Of a DNA stretch of 64,000 bases, positions 20,662-30,230 are shown piece by piece. The notes under the pieces were generated by a model. The model was given only the letters and a program-made list of their open reading frames with translations. It did no database searches and was not told the origin of the DNA. Numbering within the stretch: the stretch's first letter is position 1; each line of letters begins with the position of its first letter. The position numbers and the translations under genes were made by a program. Origin of the DNA: an uncultured cyanobacterium (GTDB lineage: Bacteria; Cyanobacteriota; Cyanobacteriia; PCC-6307; Cyanobiaceae); the NCBI GenBank assembly GCA_963697335.1, contig CAVONQ010000002.1, positions 224,001-288,000 of the forward strand. The letters are read 5' to 3'.

Positions 20662-22203
20662 TCAGGCCGGCAGCGCCCAGGGATTGAGGCCGAGGTCGGC
20701 ACCGATGCGGTGGGCGCAGGCGAAGCCGCTGAAGGCCACGGCGTTGAGGCCCTGGCCGGGGAAGCAGGAATCACCCACGCAGTAGAGCCCGTCCACGCCG
20801 GTGCGGTTGAAGGGCATCGGCAGCAGCCCCGGCAGCCGCAGGGCCGGCACGGGCCCGTAGCTGCCGCCGCTGCGGCCCAGAAAGCGCCGGTGGGTGCGGG
20901 GGGTGCCGATCTCCCGGTGCCGGATGGCGCCGCTGAGGCCGGGCAGGATTGACTCCAGCCGCTGGATCAGGCGGGCCGCATCGGCCTCTTTCTTGGCGGC
21001 GTAGGCGCCGGGGCTGAGCTGGCTCCAGGCCCCGACGGCGCTGGGGGTGAACGTGTGCAGGATGTGGCGGCCCTCAGGAGCCAGGGAGGGATCGAGCAGC
21101 GTCGGCATCGACACGAACACCACGCCCTGCTCGGCCTCCATCTCCTCCCAGGCCTCCAGCAGCAGGTGGTGGCAGTGGAAGCCCTCGGGCACCGCGGCCG
21201 CATCGATGCCCAGGTGCAGGGAGAGGAAGGAACTGGAGGGCTTGTAGCGGCGCCGCCAGGTGGCCTCGGCGGCGGGGGTGTCGGCCAGCTCCACCAAGGT
21301 GCTGCGGGGCGAATCCTCCCCCGCGAAGGTGTCCCAGCGGGTGGCATTGCTCACCACCCGGCGGCCGCGGATCTGGTCGCCATCGGCCAGCTCCACCCCC
21401 ACCGCATGGCCATTCTCGAGCAGCACCCGGGTGACGCGGGAGCGGTAGCGGATCGTGCCGCCGTGGCGCTCCAGGCCCGCCACCAGCTTCTCGGCGATGG
21501 TGCCGACGCCGCCGCGGGGGTAGTTGATGCCGCCGGCGTGGCGGTCGGAGAACACCATGCCGGCGTTGATCATCGGCGTGAGATCCGCCGGCATCACCGA
21601 CCAGCAGAAGCACTCCATGTCGATGAACTTCAGCAGCGCCGGATCGCGGATGTGGCGCCGCGCCACTGCCCCGGCGTTCTCCGGCAGCCAGCGGGCCAGC
21701 CCCAGGCAGGCCAGGGGCGCCTTGAAGAACACCTTGGCCAGGTAGGCGGGATCCTCCAGCGACAGCAGCGGCATCGCATCGAGGCAGCGGAACACCTGCC
21801 AGCAGGTGTCGTAGAAGGCGCGGATGCCCTTGGCCTCGTGGGGGAACAGGGCGGTGAGATCGGCGATGAAGGTGTCGTAGTCACGGGCGACCGCCACCTC
21901 CAGGCCGCCGGGCAGGTGGTAGGCCAGCTGGGCTGGATCGGGCACCGTGTCGCAGTGCTCGCCCACATCAGCCAGGGCGCGGGTGAGCAGGTTGGTGTGG
22001 CCCTTCTCGCCGAAGCCGAAGATCATCGAGGCGCCCACATCGAAGGTGTAACCCTCGCGCCTGAAGCTGCCGCCGCTGCCGCCGGGGATCAGGTAGCGCT
22101 CCAGCACCAGCACCTTGGCGCCCTTGGCGGCCAGCTGGGTGGCGGTGACCAGCCCGCCGATGCCGGAGCCGATCACAATCGCATCCCACTCTGGCCGGTC
22201 CAC
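20662..22203 (-). CDS. crtH: Carotenoid isomerase
   Basis: GSGIGG FAD motif, FDVGASMIFGFG, GDSCFPGQGLNAVAFSG. Confidence 0.93.
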   Translation of the reverse strand: MDRPEWDAIVIGSGIGGLVTATQLAAKGAKVLVLERYLIPGGSGGSFRREGYTFDVGASMIFGFGEKGHTNLLTRALADVGEHCDTVPDPAQLAYHLPGGLEVAVARDYDTFIADLTALFPHEAKGIRAFYDTCWQVFRCLDAMPLLSLEDPAYLAKVFFKAPLACLGLARWLPENAGAVARRHIRDPALLKFIDMECFCWSVMPADLTPMINAGMVFSDRHAGGINYPRGGVGTIAEKLVAGLERHGGTIRYRSRVTRVLLENGHAVGVELADGDQIRGRRVVSNATRWDTFAGEDSPRSTLVELADTPAAEATWRRRYKPSSSFLSLHLGIDAAAVPEGFHCHHLLLEAWEEMEAEQGVVFVSMPTLLDPSLAPEGRHILHTFTPSAVGAWSQLSPGAYAAKKEADAARLIQRLESILPGLSGAIRHREIGTPRTHRRFLGRSGGSYGPVPALRLPGLLPMPFNRTGVDGLYCVGDSCFPGQGLNAVAFSGFACAHRIGADLGLNPWALPA

Positions 22204-22249
22204 CGTGGTGTCGCTCGCAACAGGGCGCGACCCTAGGACCGAGCGCCGC

Positions 22250-22479
22250 TCAGTTGAGCCGCACCTCCAGGGTGGGGCTCACCGCATCGGGCTGCTGGGG
22301 CCCCATCGGCAGCAGCTTCAACTGGCCGCCTGTGGCACTGAGGGCCTGGCGCAGATCGAGGGTCCGCACCCGCTGATCGCCGAAGGTCTTCCAGTTGAAG
22401 GTGACGAGGTTGGAGACGCTGGTCGGTGGTGTAGTCGGGGGTCACCTCGGCTTGGCCGGTGGCAGGCCACCCCGACCGG
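22250..22479 (-). pseudogene. Frameshifted C-terminal remnant of a choloylglycine hydrolase / penicillin V acylase (Ntn hydrolase) family gene
   Basis: Across frameshifts reads PVGVA...[32 protein letters not shown]...stop, resembling the family's C-terminal pattern as recalled. Confidence 0.5.
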
Positions 22480-23854
22480 ACTGGGAGTGCCGGGGCGTCC
22501 CGGCTGTGCCGCAGAAGGGCTCCAGATCCGCCAGGGACCGATCGCGGTAGGCGCCGTAGCGGCGGCGCTTGTCGCGGATGCGCTGGGGCAAGTCCGGCAT
22601 CAGGGCGAAGTTGGGCGGCATCGGCTGGAACTTGCCGCTGGGCGCCGTGGCGATGAAGTGGAGCATCGCCCCAGCCATGGTGGTGGGCGGCAGCCGCAGA
22701 GGCTCCAGCCCCCGGGCCAGCCGGGCCGCATTGGTGCCGGCCAGCCAGCCACCGGCCACGGCCGCCGCGTAGCCCTCGGTGCCGGTGATCTGACCGGCGG
22801 CGAGCAGGGTGGGGCGCTGCCGGAACTGGAGGGTGCTCTCCAGCAGCTGGGGGGCCTCCAGGAAGGTGTTGCGGTGCATCACGCCGAAGCGCACGAAGCT
22901 CGCGTTCTCCAGCCCCGGGATCAGCTGGAACACCCGCTTCTGCTCACCCCATTTCAGGTTGGTCTGGAAGCCCACCAGGTTCCAGAGCCGGCCGTCGCGG
23001 TCCTCCTGGCGCAGCTGCACCACCGCATGGGCCCGCCGGGTGCGGCGCACCTCCCTGTCGTGCAGGTCGCCCCAGCGGGGATCCCAGAGCCCGATCGGCT
23101 TGAGCGGCCCGTAGCGCATCGTGTCTTCGCCGCGGCGGGCCAGCTCCTCGATCGGCAGGCAGCCCTCGAAGAAGGTGGCGCTCTGGGTCTCGAAGTCCTT
23201 GAGCTCGGCCTGCTCGGCCTCCAGCAGGGCCTGGCGGAAGACCCGATACTGCTCCTCGCTCATCGGGCAGTTGATGTAATCGGCGTCGCCCTTGTCGTAG
23301 CGCGAGCCGCGGAAGGCCACGGAGAGATCGAGGCCCTCGCCCTCCACGATCGGGCTGGCGGCATCGAAGAAGTGGCAGTCGGCCCGGCCGGTGAAGGCGC
23401 GCAGGTCGTCGGCCAGGGCATCGCTGGTGAGCGGGCCCGTGGCCAGCACGCCGATCTCGTCGGGCCCGGGGAGGCAGCGCTGCTCGCCCCGCTCCACCGT
23501 GATCAGGGGGTGGCGTTCCAGGGCGGCGGTGAGGGCGGCACTGAAGCGGCCCCGATCCACGGCCAGGGCACCGCCGGCGGGCACCGCGTGCCGATCGGCG
23601 GTGCCGATCACGGTGGATCCGAGCCGGCGCAGCTCCTCCTGGAGCAGGCCGGCGGCCCGGTCACTGGAGAGGGCCCCGAAGCTGTTGCTGCACACCAGCT
23701 CGGCGAACTCGGCGCTGTGGTGGGCTGGCGAGCGTCGCAGGGGACGCATCTCCACCAGTCGAACGGGCAGACCTGCGCTGGCGATCTGCCAGGCGGCTTC
23801 AGTGCCCGCCAATCCGGCCCCCACCACGGTGATCACAGGTTGCTCTGGGGGCAC
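22442..23854 (-). CDS. trmFO: tRNA (uracil-5)-methyltransferase TrmFO/Gid
   Basis: [46 protein letters not shown]. Confidence 0.96.
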   Translation of the reverse strand: MPPEQPVITVVGAGLAGTEAAWQIASAGLPVRLVEMRPLRRSPAHHSAEFAELVCSNSFGALSSDRAAGLLQEELRRLGSTVIGTADRHAVPAGGALAVDRGRFSAALTAALERHPLITVERGEQRCLPGPDEIGVLATGPLTSDALADDLRAFTGRADCHFFDAASPIVEGEGLDLSVAFRGSRYDKGDADYINCPMSEEQYRVFRQALLEAEQAELKDFETQSATFFEGCLPIEELARRGEDTMRYGPLKPIGLWDPRWGDLHDREVRRTRRAHAVVQLRQEDRDGRLWNLVGFQTNLKWGEQKRVFQLIPGLENASFVRFGVMHRNTFLEAPQLLESTLQFRQRPTLLAAGQITGTEGYAAAVAGGWLAGTNAARLARGLEPLRLPPTTMAGAMLHFIATAPSGKFQPMPPNFALMPDLPQRIRDKRRRYGAYRDRSLADLEPFCGTAGTPRHSQSGRGGLPPAKPR

Positions 23855-23882
23855 GGAGAAACCGGTTGCGTCTGCCGTGAAC

Positions 23883-24005
23883 TCAGGCGCGGGCGCGCCT
23901 GATCATCAGTTGCAGCTGACCCACGGCAGCGCGGCCGATGTGAAACACGGCCCAGCCGGCAGCGAGCAGGATCGGAGCGGCAACCAGCACCAGCCGAGCG
24001 TCCAT
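23883..24005 (-). CDS. psbY: Photosystem II protein PsbY
   Basis: [32 protein letters not shown]. Confidence 0.92.
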   Translation of the reverse strand: MDARLVLVAAPILLAAGWAVFHIGRAAVGQLQLMIRRARA

Positions 24006-24085
24006 GGAGGGCAGAGGGAAGTGTGGCGATCTTAAGGACAGGCCGCCACCGTGGTGTCTGCGGGCTGTCGCTCTGATTGGTTTTG

Positions 24086-24592
24086 TTAGGTGCCTCCACG
24101 CCCGGCATGGACCATGGCCAGCGCCCTGTAGCGATCGGCATGCTCCAGCTGCTCGGCCATCGCCTCCTCGCTGAGGGGGCGTTTCACCTGGGCCGGGGCC
24201 CCCATCACCAGGGTGCCCGGTGGCACGTCGCGGGTCACCACCGCCCCGGCGGCCACCAGGGCCCCCGCCCCCACCCGCACGCCGTTGAGCACCACGGCGC
24301 CGATGCCGATCAGGCAGCCGTCCTCCAGGGTGGCCCCATGCACCACGGCCCGGTGCCCCACGGTCACCCCTGCGCCGATCAGCACGGGCTGGCCAGGATC
24401 GCCGTGCAGCACGGCGCCGTCCTGCACATTGCTGCCGACACCGATGCGGATCTCGCAGAGATCGCCGCGGGCCACGGCGGTGGGCCACAGGCTGGCCCCC
24501 TCAGCCAGCTCCACCGCGCCGATCACCACGGCACTGGGGGCGACCCAGGCGTCGGGGTGGATGAGGGGGTCGGGCCAGGGGAAGGGAACCAT
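24086..24592 (-). CDS. Gamma carbonic anhydrase / YrdA-like hexapeptide-repeat protein
   Basis: [23 protein letters not shown]. Confidence 0.92.
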   Translation of the reverse strand: MVPFPWPDPLIHPDAWVAPSAVVIGAVELAEGASLWPTAVARGDLCEIRIGVGSNVQDGAVLHGDPGQPVLIGAGVTVGHRAVVHGATLEDGCLIGIGAVVLNGVRVGAGALVAAGAVVTRDVPPGTLVMGAPAQVKRPLSEEAMAEQLEHADRYRALAMVHAGRGGT

Positions 24593-24699
24593 GGTCGAAA
24601 GCCTGGGTCGGCGCCATTTTCGGCCTCCAGAACGTGGCCCCTGCGTGGCTTGGAGGAGGTCGCCATGGGGTGATACGTTCCATGGGTGCCCACGGGCGC

Positions 24700-24771
24700 G
24701 GGTCGCTAGCTCAGCGGTAGAGCACTCGGCTTTTAACCGATTGGTCCTGAGTTCGAATCTCAGGCGACCCA
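24700..24771 (+). tRNA. trnK: tRNA-Lys(UUU)
   Basis: GGGTCGC/GCGACCC acceptor stem, CTTTTAA anticodon loop, GTTCGAATC T-loop; CCA not encoded. Confidence 0.97.
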
Positions 24772-25159
24772 TTCAGCTGTCACCTTGTTTCTTGGCTCAG
24801 ATCCCCTGTGAGTCAAAGGGTTTGAGCTAAACCAGTGGTCACGGAAGTTGAGGCAGGTTGCAGGCCGTAGGGGCCTGTTGATGGGATTGTCTGTCAGTAC
24901 TCACAAACGCTGACAGCCCGGCCCGGGCAGGGTGAAGGGGTCCAGTTCGGTCATCTGTCCACCCCGATGCGACCGCGCAGCGTCCTGGTCCAATCGCTCG
25001 AGCGGCTGTGTCTCGCGGGATGCCCCTACAGGTTCCGGGTGCGCAGCGAGAGCCTCCACCTCACTATTGATGAGACCCAGCGCGGGGGGAAGACCCAGAC
25101 GGCGAGGGGTTTCAGCGCTGACCACGACCACACCGGGGGGCACCCCATGGGGTGGTGCC

Positions 25160-25365
25160 CCACCAGGCGTTCCAGCTGCTCGGGAGTGAGGCGGCGTGCC
25201 TCCGCCGCCGGGGGAATCTGCTGCCGTGCCGCCCTGGGCAAGCTGGTGATTGTCGCCCTCGCCGGTGGCCTACTCGTGACCGGTCTGCAGGTGCATCCGC
25301 TGCGGCAGCAGATGGCCTTGAGACCCGCACCGTCCGGCACGCTGCCGGCGGAGCGCACCCTGTGA
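25160..25365 (+). pseudogene. Remnant of RskA-type anti-sigma factor
   Basis: ALAGGLLVTGLQVHPLRQQMALRPAPSGTLPAERTL aligns with AMAGALVLMGVQVQQLRQQLAERPATSG...LPVSRTM of the gene at 33395-34126. Confidence 0.65.
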
Positions 25366-25540
25366 CCGCCCCCTTCAACGGCTCCTCCGCACACCCGGCC
25401 GCAGCACAGGCGGCGGCCAGCCGCTTCCCGCCCCTTCGGCGCTTGGCGCTCACCTGCCTGCAGGTGAACCTGGGCTACCGCTGCAGCCATAGCGGCAGCC
25501 ACTGCCATGTGAATGCCGGGGGCACCTGCTCCGAGTCGTC
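25362..25540 (+). pseudogene. arsS: N-terminal remnant of arsS radical SAM gene
   Basis: FPPLRRLALTCLQVNLGYRCSHSGSHCHVNAG versus intact FPALRRQALSCLQVNLGYRCNQSCSHCHVGAG; middle Cys of CxxxCxxC lost. Confidence 0.8.
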
Positions 25541-25762
25541 GAGCAGCACCGACATGAAACGGGACAGATGTTTCCCAGGTGCGGCGACACCAACCGCATG
25601 CTGGCCGAAACCCGCTTCGCTCCCCATTTCGACTTCATCGGGGATTTCGGCCGCCGTTTCGGACCCATCCTGGGCTGCGGTTGAACCCTGCCCTTCAGAT
25701 CGAGCCCACCGGCGGACGGGGGGCAGTCGGCGCTGGAGGAGAGTGGCCGTGGCTGCTGCTGA
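25541..25762 (+). pseudogene. arsM: C-terminal remnant of arsM-like methyltransferase
   Basis: ETGQMFPRCGDTNRMLAETRFAPHFDFIGDF...GCG*TLPF...GCC* versus intact ETGRVFPVCGNTYRMLAESRFAEHFSFIGDF...GCC*. Confidence 0.8.
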
Positions 25763-26441
25763 AGCCGCCGGCAGGCCGAAGCCGGCGGAACACCCGGTAG
25801 CCCCGCCGCACCAAGGCCAGGAGGGGCCCAGGCGCCCGCAGCCCCGTGGGCGCGATCAGGGGCCGATACAGCACGTGGTAGGCCCAGCGCAGATCCCGCC
25901 AGGCCCGGCAAGGGGTGGGGTCGAGGAAGTCGGAGATGTCCACGATGTGGCCCCGGCCACGGTGCTGCACGACATTGCGGCCATGCACGTCGTGCCCGTG
26001 CAGGCCCCGGCTCTCGGCATGGGCGATGGCGGCGTCCACGTCGTCCAGCACCTGGGGCGGAATCGGGATTCCCAGTCGGACGCAGTCGTAGAGGGTGTGG
26101 CCGAGCAGACGCTGGAGCACGAGGTAGCCGGCGCCGACGTGATGGCAGCGGGAAAAGGCCGGATGGTTGCCGATGCGGCGGTACACCTCGGCTTCCTCGG
26201 CCAGGCCCGGGCGACCTGGGGCGTAGACCTTCACGACCAGCTGACAGTGGCGCGGATGCAGCAGCACCGCAGCGAAGTTTCCGGTACCGAGGATGCACCA
26301 AGGCCGGGGCAGCCGCTTCACCACCACCGGGTCGCGCGGGTCGGGGCTGTGGAGCAGCAGCTCCGGCAGCAGCACGGACTCCACCTCCGCCAGGAAGGGC
26401 TGGAGAGCCGGCAGGTCGAACCCGGCGTCGGCAGCGGACAT
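25695..26441 (-). CDS. Ser/Thr protein kinase-like protein (YrzF/RIO-like)
   Basis: LGTGNFAAV Gly loop, VVKVY, HDVHGRNV catalytic loop, VDISDF. Confidence 0.8.
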   Translation of the reverse strand: MSAADAGFDLPALQPFLAEVESVLLPELLLHSPDPRDPVVVKRLPRPWCILGTGNFAAVLLHPRHCQLVVKVYAPGRPGLAEEAEVYRRIGNHPAFSRCHHVGAGYLVLQRLLGHTLYDCVRLGIPIPPQVLDDVDAAIAHAESRGLHGHDVHGRNVVQHRGRGHIVDISDFLDPTPCRAWRDLRWAYHVLYRPLIAPTGLRAPGPLLALVRRGYRVFRRLRPAGGFSSSHGHSPPAPTAPRPPVGSI

Positions 26442-26555
26442 GGCGGGCACGGCAGAGGGGACGGGCCTTCGCGAGCGCAAGCTAAGCACCACGTCGCGCT
26501 AACGGCGCACCGATGAAGCCATCAAGCAGAATCGAAAACCCGCTGTTGCGACCCC

Positions 26556-27647
26556 GTGTCGTCTTCCCTGGTGAGCGGTGTCCAGATCGTTCTGGGCATC
26601 GCTCTGCTCTTCGGTGGTGGAGAGCTGTTCGTGGCCGGGTCCGTGGCCCTCTCGCTGCTGCTGGGCATCCCACAGATCGTGATCGGCCTCACGGTGGTGT
26701 CGCTGGGCACCAGCGCCCCGGAGCTGTTCGTGAGCCTGATTTCCACCATCCAGGGGAATCTCGGCATGGCCGGTGCCGACAACCTGGCAGTCAGCAACAT
26801 CGTGGGCAGCAACATCTTCAACGTGCTGGTGGTGCTCGGCCTCAGCGCCATGATCATGCCCCTGCGCGTTCAGAGCCGCCTGGTGCGGCGTGATGTGCCC
26901 CTGCTGCTGGGGGTGTCGATGGCGGTGTGGGGGATGGCCTCGGGCGGACGCGTCACCTGGCAGGCGGGTACGGCCCTGCTCGTGGCGACCGTGATGAACA
27001 TCGTGTGGGAGATGCGCACCGCCCGGGAGAATCCGGAGGAAGGCAACGAGATCGACGCCTCCGAGCGCAGCACCCCCCAGGTGGCCGCGGTGAAGCTGGC
27101 GGCAGGCCTGGCGTTGCTGGTGGGTGGATCCCAGCTGCTGGTGCAGGGCGCCACGGCGGCGGCTCTGGCCCTGGGGGTGAGCACCACCGTGATCGGCCTC
27201 ACGATCGTGGCCGCCGGCACCTCGATGCCGGAGCTGATCACCTCTCTGGTGGCGGCCTACCGGGGCAAGGCCGACCTGGCTATCGGCAACGTAGTGGGCA
27301 GCAATCTGCTCAACCAGCTGGTGATCCTGGGCCTCTGCGCCACCGTGTCCGGCACCCGGGGCCTGGGGGTGGATCCGGTGATGATCCAGCGCGACCTGCC
27401 GATCATGGTGCTCACCACCATCGCTTGCCTGCCGATCTTCTGGACCCAGGGGGTGATCACGCGCCTGGAAGGGGGAGTGCTGGTGGCGCTGTACGGCGCC
27501 TATCTGGTGGAGCAGCTGCTGCTGAGCATCGCGCCGGGCTATTCCGACGAATTCCGCCTGCTCGTGCTGGTGGTGATCGTGCCTGCGTTGATGGTGTTCC
27601 TCAGCTGGCAGGTACTGGCATGGCGGGAGGCGCGCCGTTCTCCCTAA
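26556..27647 (+). CDS. Calcium/sodium antiporter (YrbG family)
   Basis: Two alpha repeats GTSAPE / GTSMPE, each followed by N.VGSN. Confidence 0.93.
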   Translation: MSSSLVSGVQIVLGIALLFGGGELFVAGSVALSLLLGIPQIVIGLTVVSLGTSAPELFVSLISTIQGNLGMAGADNLAVSNIVGSNIFNVLVVLGLSAMIMPLRVQSRLVRRDVPLLLGVSMAVWGMASGGRVTWQAGTALLVATVMNIVWEMRTARENPEEGNEIDASERSTPQVAAVKLAAGLALLVGGSQLLVQGATAAALALGVSTTVIGLTIVAAGTSMPELITSLVAAYRGKADLAIGNVVGSNLLNQLVILGLCATVSGTRGLGVDPVMIQRDLPIMVLTTIACLPIFWTQGVITRLEGGVLVALYGAYLVEQLLLSIAPGYSDEFRLLVLVVIVPALMVFLSWQVLAWREARRSP

Positions 27648-27679
27648 CTTCAACCGTGCGCCACTCCCAACCAGACTCC

Positions 27680-27976
27680 ATGCCGGCTTTCCAGCTCCTG
27701 ATCCGGGCCGTGGCGTTCGCGGCAGCATCGCTTGTTCTGGCCTCCTGCGGCCCTCCGGATACCCAGGCTCTGCAGCGCCTGGCCTGTCAGCAGGCTGGCG
27801 CCAACCTCGACATGCAGTCGCTCACCCAGATGGAGGCCCTGCGCAAGGCTCTGGGCCTGGCACCGGATGTGGATCCAATCGCGGCCTGCCGCGCGGTCGG
27901 GGTGGAGCTGAATCCGTCGCCCACCACCCCTCAGTCTGCGGATCAACCCGAGGCCGGCTCCAACCGAGAGGAGTGA
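27680..27976 (+). CDS. Small lipoprotein
   Basis: Signal peptide with lipobox LASC; two further Cys. Confidence 0.7.
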   Translation: MPAFQLLIRAVAFAAASLVLASCGPPDTQALQRLACQQAGANLDMQSLTQMEALRKALGLAPDVDPIAACRAVGVELNPSPTTPQSADQPEAGSNREE

Positions 27977-28099
27977 GGCATCCAGCCGCGACCGGCGTGG
28001 TGAGTGGCTGGCAGATCCGCCGCCGCTGGACGCTCCTCACCAACATGCCCCCTGGATTCGGATCCGTTGCACCCCACGTGCACCGCTCTGTTGCTGCTT

Positions 28100-28538
28100 G
28101 CCCCCTGGCCCTCGAGCCCGTTGAGGCCGGCCTGACGGACCGGCAGCCGGCCCGCCCCGGCGAATCGATCTTCGCCCGCGGCATCGGCCGGGACATCCTC
28201 AGGGTCGGTGTGATCTTCGCCCTGATCGTGATCGCCCTGATGGTGTGGAGCTACCGCACCCAGGGGCCCGACGGGCCCTGGAAGACGATGGTGTTCACCA
28301 CCCTCTGCCTGGCCCACATGGGCCAGGCCCTCTCGGCCCGCAGCGACCGCCCCCTGATCCAGGTCAATCCTTTCAGCAACCCCTGGCCAGTTTCTTCGGC
28401 ACGGTGCCCCTGGCGGCCGAGGATCTGCTGGTCTGCGTGGGGGTGAGCCTGGTGTTCTTCGTGGTTCTGGAAACGGACAGGATCGTGCGGCTGTGGTGGC
28501 GCAGTGCCACCTCCGATTCCCCTGCCGTTCAGGGTTGA
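28100..28538 (+). pseudogene. C-terminal remnant of a cation (Ca2+-type) P-type ATPase
   Basis: LALEP.E...P..PGESIF, TMVFTTLCLAHMG.ALSARS, NPFSNPW, then frameshifted FFGTVPL...DLLVC. Confidence 0.8.
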
Positions 28539-28546
28539 TTCCCTCC

Positions 28547-29206
28547 ATGCTGTCCGTGATCGAACAGGTGCCGCAGCTGATCCTGGCGGCGGTCGAGACC
28601 ACCCCCCTGCTGGGCTACGGCGCCATCGCCCTGGTGATGCTGCTGGAGAACGTGGTGCCGCCGATCCCCTCGGAGGTGGTGATGCCCCTGGCGGGGTTCC
28701 TGATTCAGCAGGGGAAGCTGGAGGTGGTGCCCACCGTCCTCGCCGGACTGCTGGGCACGGTGCTGGGGGCCTGGTTCTGGTATGGCGTCGGCAGGATGGT
28801 CAACGAGAAGCGCCTCGAGCGCTGGCTGGAGCGACACGGCCGCTGGTTCGGCCTGAGGCCGGAGGATCTGGCCCGCAGCCGCCGCTGGTTCAACCGCCAT
28901 GGCGTGGCGGTGGTGTTCTGGGGCCGCATCATTCCGGGCGTACGCACCTTGGTGTCGCTCCCGGCCGGCATCGAGCTGATGCCGCAGCCCCTGTTCCTGG
29001 CCTGGACCACCGCGGGCAGCCTGATCTGGATCCTGGCGCTCACCCTGGCGGGGCAGGCGCTTGGAGCCAGCTACGGCCGGGTGATGACCTGGCTGAAGCC
29101 GTTGGGGTCCATCGTGGCGATCACGCTGGTGGCCGCCGGGCTGCTGCTTCTGGTCGGGTACCTGCGCCGAAGGCGGCAGCGCCAATCCCTACCACCGATG
29201 CGGTGA
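28547..29206 (+). CDS. DedA family membrane protein
   Basis: LENVVPPIPSEVVMPLAGF, GRIIPGVRTLVSLPAG. Confidence 0.93.
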   Translation: MLSVIEQVPQLILAAVETTPLLGYGAIALVMLLENVVPPIPSEVVMPLAGFLIQQGKLEVVPTVLAGLLGTVLGAWFWYGVGRMVNEKRLERWLERHGRWFGLRPEDLARSRRWFNRHGVAVVFWGRIIPGVRTLVSLPAGIELMPQPLFLAWTTAGSLIWILALTLAGQALGASYGRVMTWLKPLGSIVAITLVAAGLLLLVGYLRRRRQRQSLPPMR

Positions 29207-29217
29207 GCAGCGCCGGC

Positions 29218-29460
29218 TCACTCGTCCTGCTTGCTGGCGGCCATCGGCGGATCCGAGATCAGGTGCAGATCCACTTGAAGCCCCTTCAGGCAGTGCTGCA
29301 GACGCTCGGAGAGGGTGCGCCGCAGCACCGCCTGGCGCCTTGAGCGCAGGGTCTGTCCCATCACGATCTGGGTGATCCGCCGCTCGGCGACGATGCGGGC
29401 AATGCTGCCGAGCACATCAGCGCTCTCCACCCGCAGCAACCTCATGGCCGCTTCCTGGAT
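29218..29460 (-). pseudogene. Remnant of KdpD-type USP-like domain
   Basis: LRVESADVLGSIARIV...ITQIVMGQTLRSR...SERL...VDLHLI, with no upstream domain. Confidence 0.6.
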
Positions 29461-29620
29461 CCTTCCCAAGAAGGGTGGTTGCGCTCCGCCATGACCAGCC
29501 TGAGATAGATGCTCCAGAGCGGGAGGAGTCCGACCTCCGCGGGGCCGAGAAGGCACCTGCGGTGTCGGTACTGCTTTTTGCCATAGCATTAATGTCGGGT
29601 ACCTGTGGCCTATTTCCGCT

Positions 29621-29761
29621 ACCGATCGCCCCGATCTCAAGCTGTCCAGCAGCGACAAACAGCTGTTCGTGATGGCTGACGCTCTCGAGGGCATCTCTGT
29701 GGCTGCGTTCGTGCGACCTGCCGCCAAGCAGAAGGCAGCAGAGGCCATCCAGCGTGATTGA
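29621..29761 (+). pseudogene. Truncated DUF1778 (TacA-like RHH) antitoxin
   Basis: TDRPDLKLSSSDKQLF..ADALEGISVAAFVRPAAKQKAAEAIQRD*, directly upstream of the GNAT remnant. Confidence 0.7.
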
Positions 29762-30074
29762 GCGGTGTCCCTATCCCAGGCGCCACAACCGCTCCAACTT
29801 CGACAGCGGCGAGCCGATCCCCTGCTTTCGCATGGGTCGTCTGGCCAGGGATCTGCGCTGGCGTGGGGAGGGGATCGGCTCGCTGCTGGTCGGCCTTGCC
29901 GTTGAGCGCCGTCTGCAGGTTCGACAATCTGTGGGCGGCTATGCCCTGATCGTCGATGCCATAGGCGATGCCTCGAAGAGCTTCTACCTCCATTACAGCT
30001 TTCAGCCCTACCTCGACCCCCCCCCTCAGCCTCTCCCTCCCGCTTGGAGGACAGCCAGGCCAGGCCAGGCCTGA
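29754..30074 (+). pseudogene. GNAT toxin (TacT/AtaT-like) with internal deletion
   Basis: HNRSNFDSGEP joined directly to IPCFRMGRLARDLRWRGEGIG..LIVDA..SFYLHY. Confidence 0.75.
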
Positions 30075-30230
30075 GCCCTGATGACGCTGACGCATGGGGA
30101 TGTTGAAGGGTTCCTTGAGTCCGAATCGGAAAGCTTGCCCGTCCTTCGTGACCATCAGCGCTGACTCTCCGCCATGACCGGATCTCAACAAGTGACCTGA
30201 GCGGGACGGCTGAGGTCTGTCAGTGATCTG

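Noticed and set aside
25100..25210. Minus-strand RRLTPEQLERLVGHHPMG resembling a YbaK/EbsC fragment
   Set aside because: Too short, and it overlaps the better-supported plus-strand anti-sigma remnant
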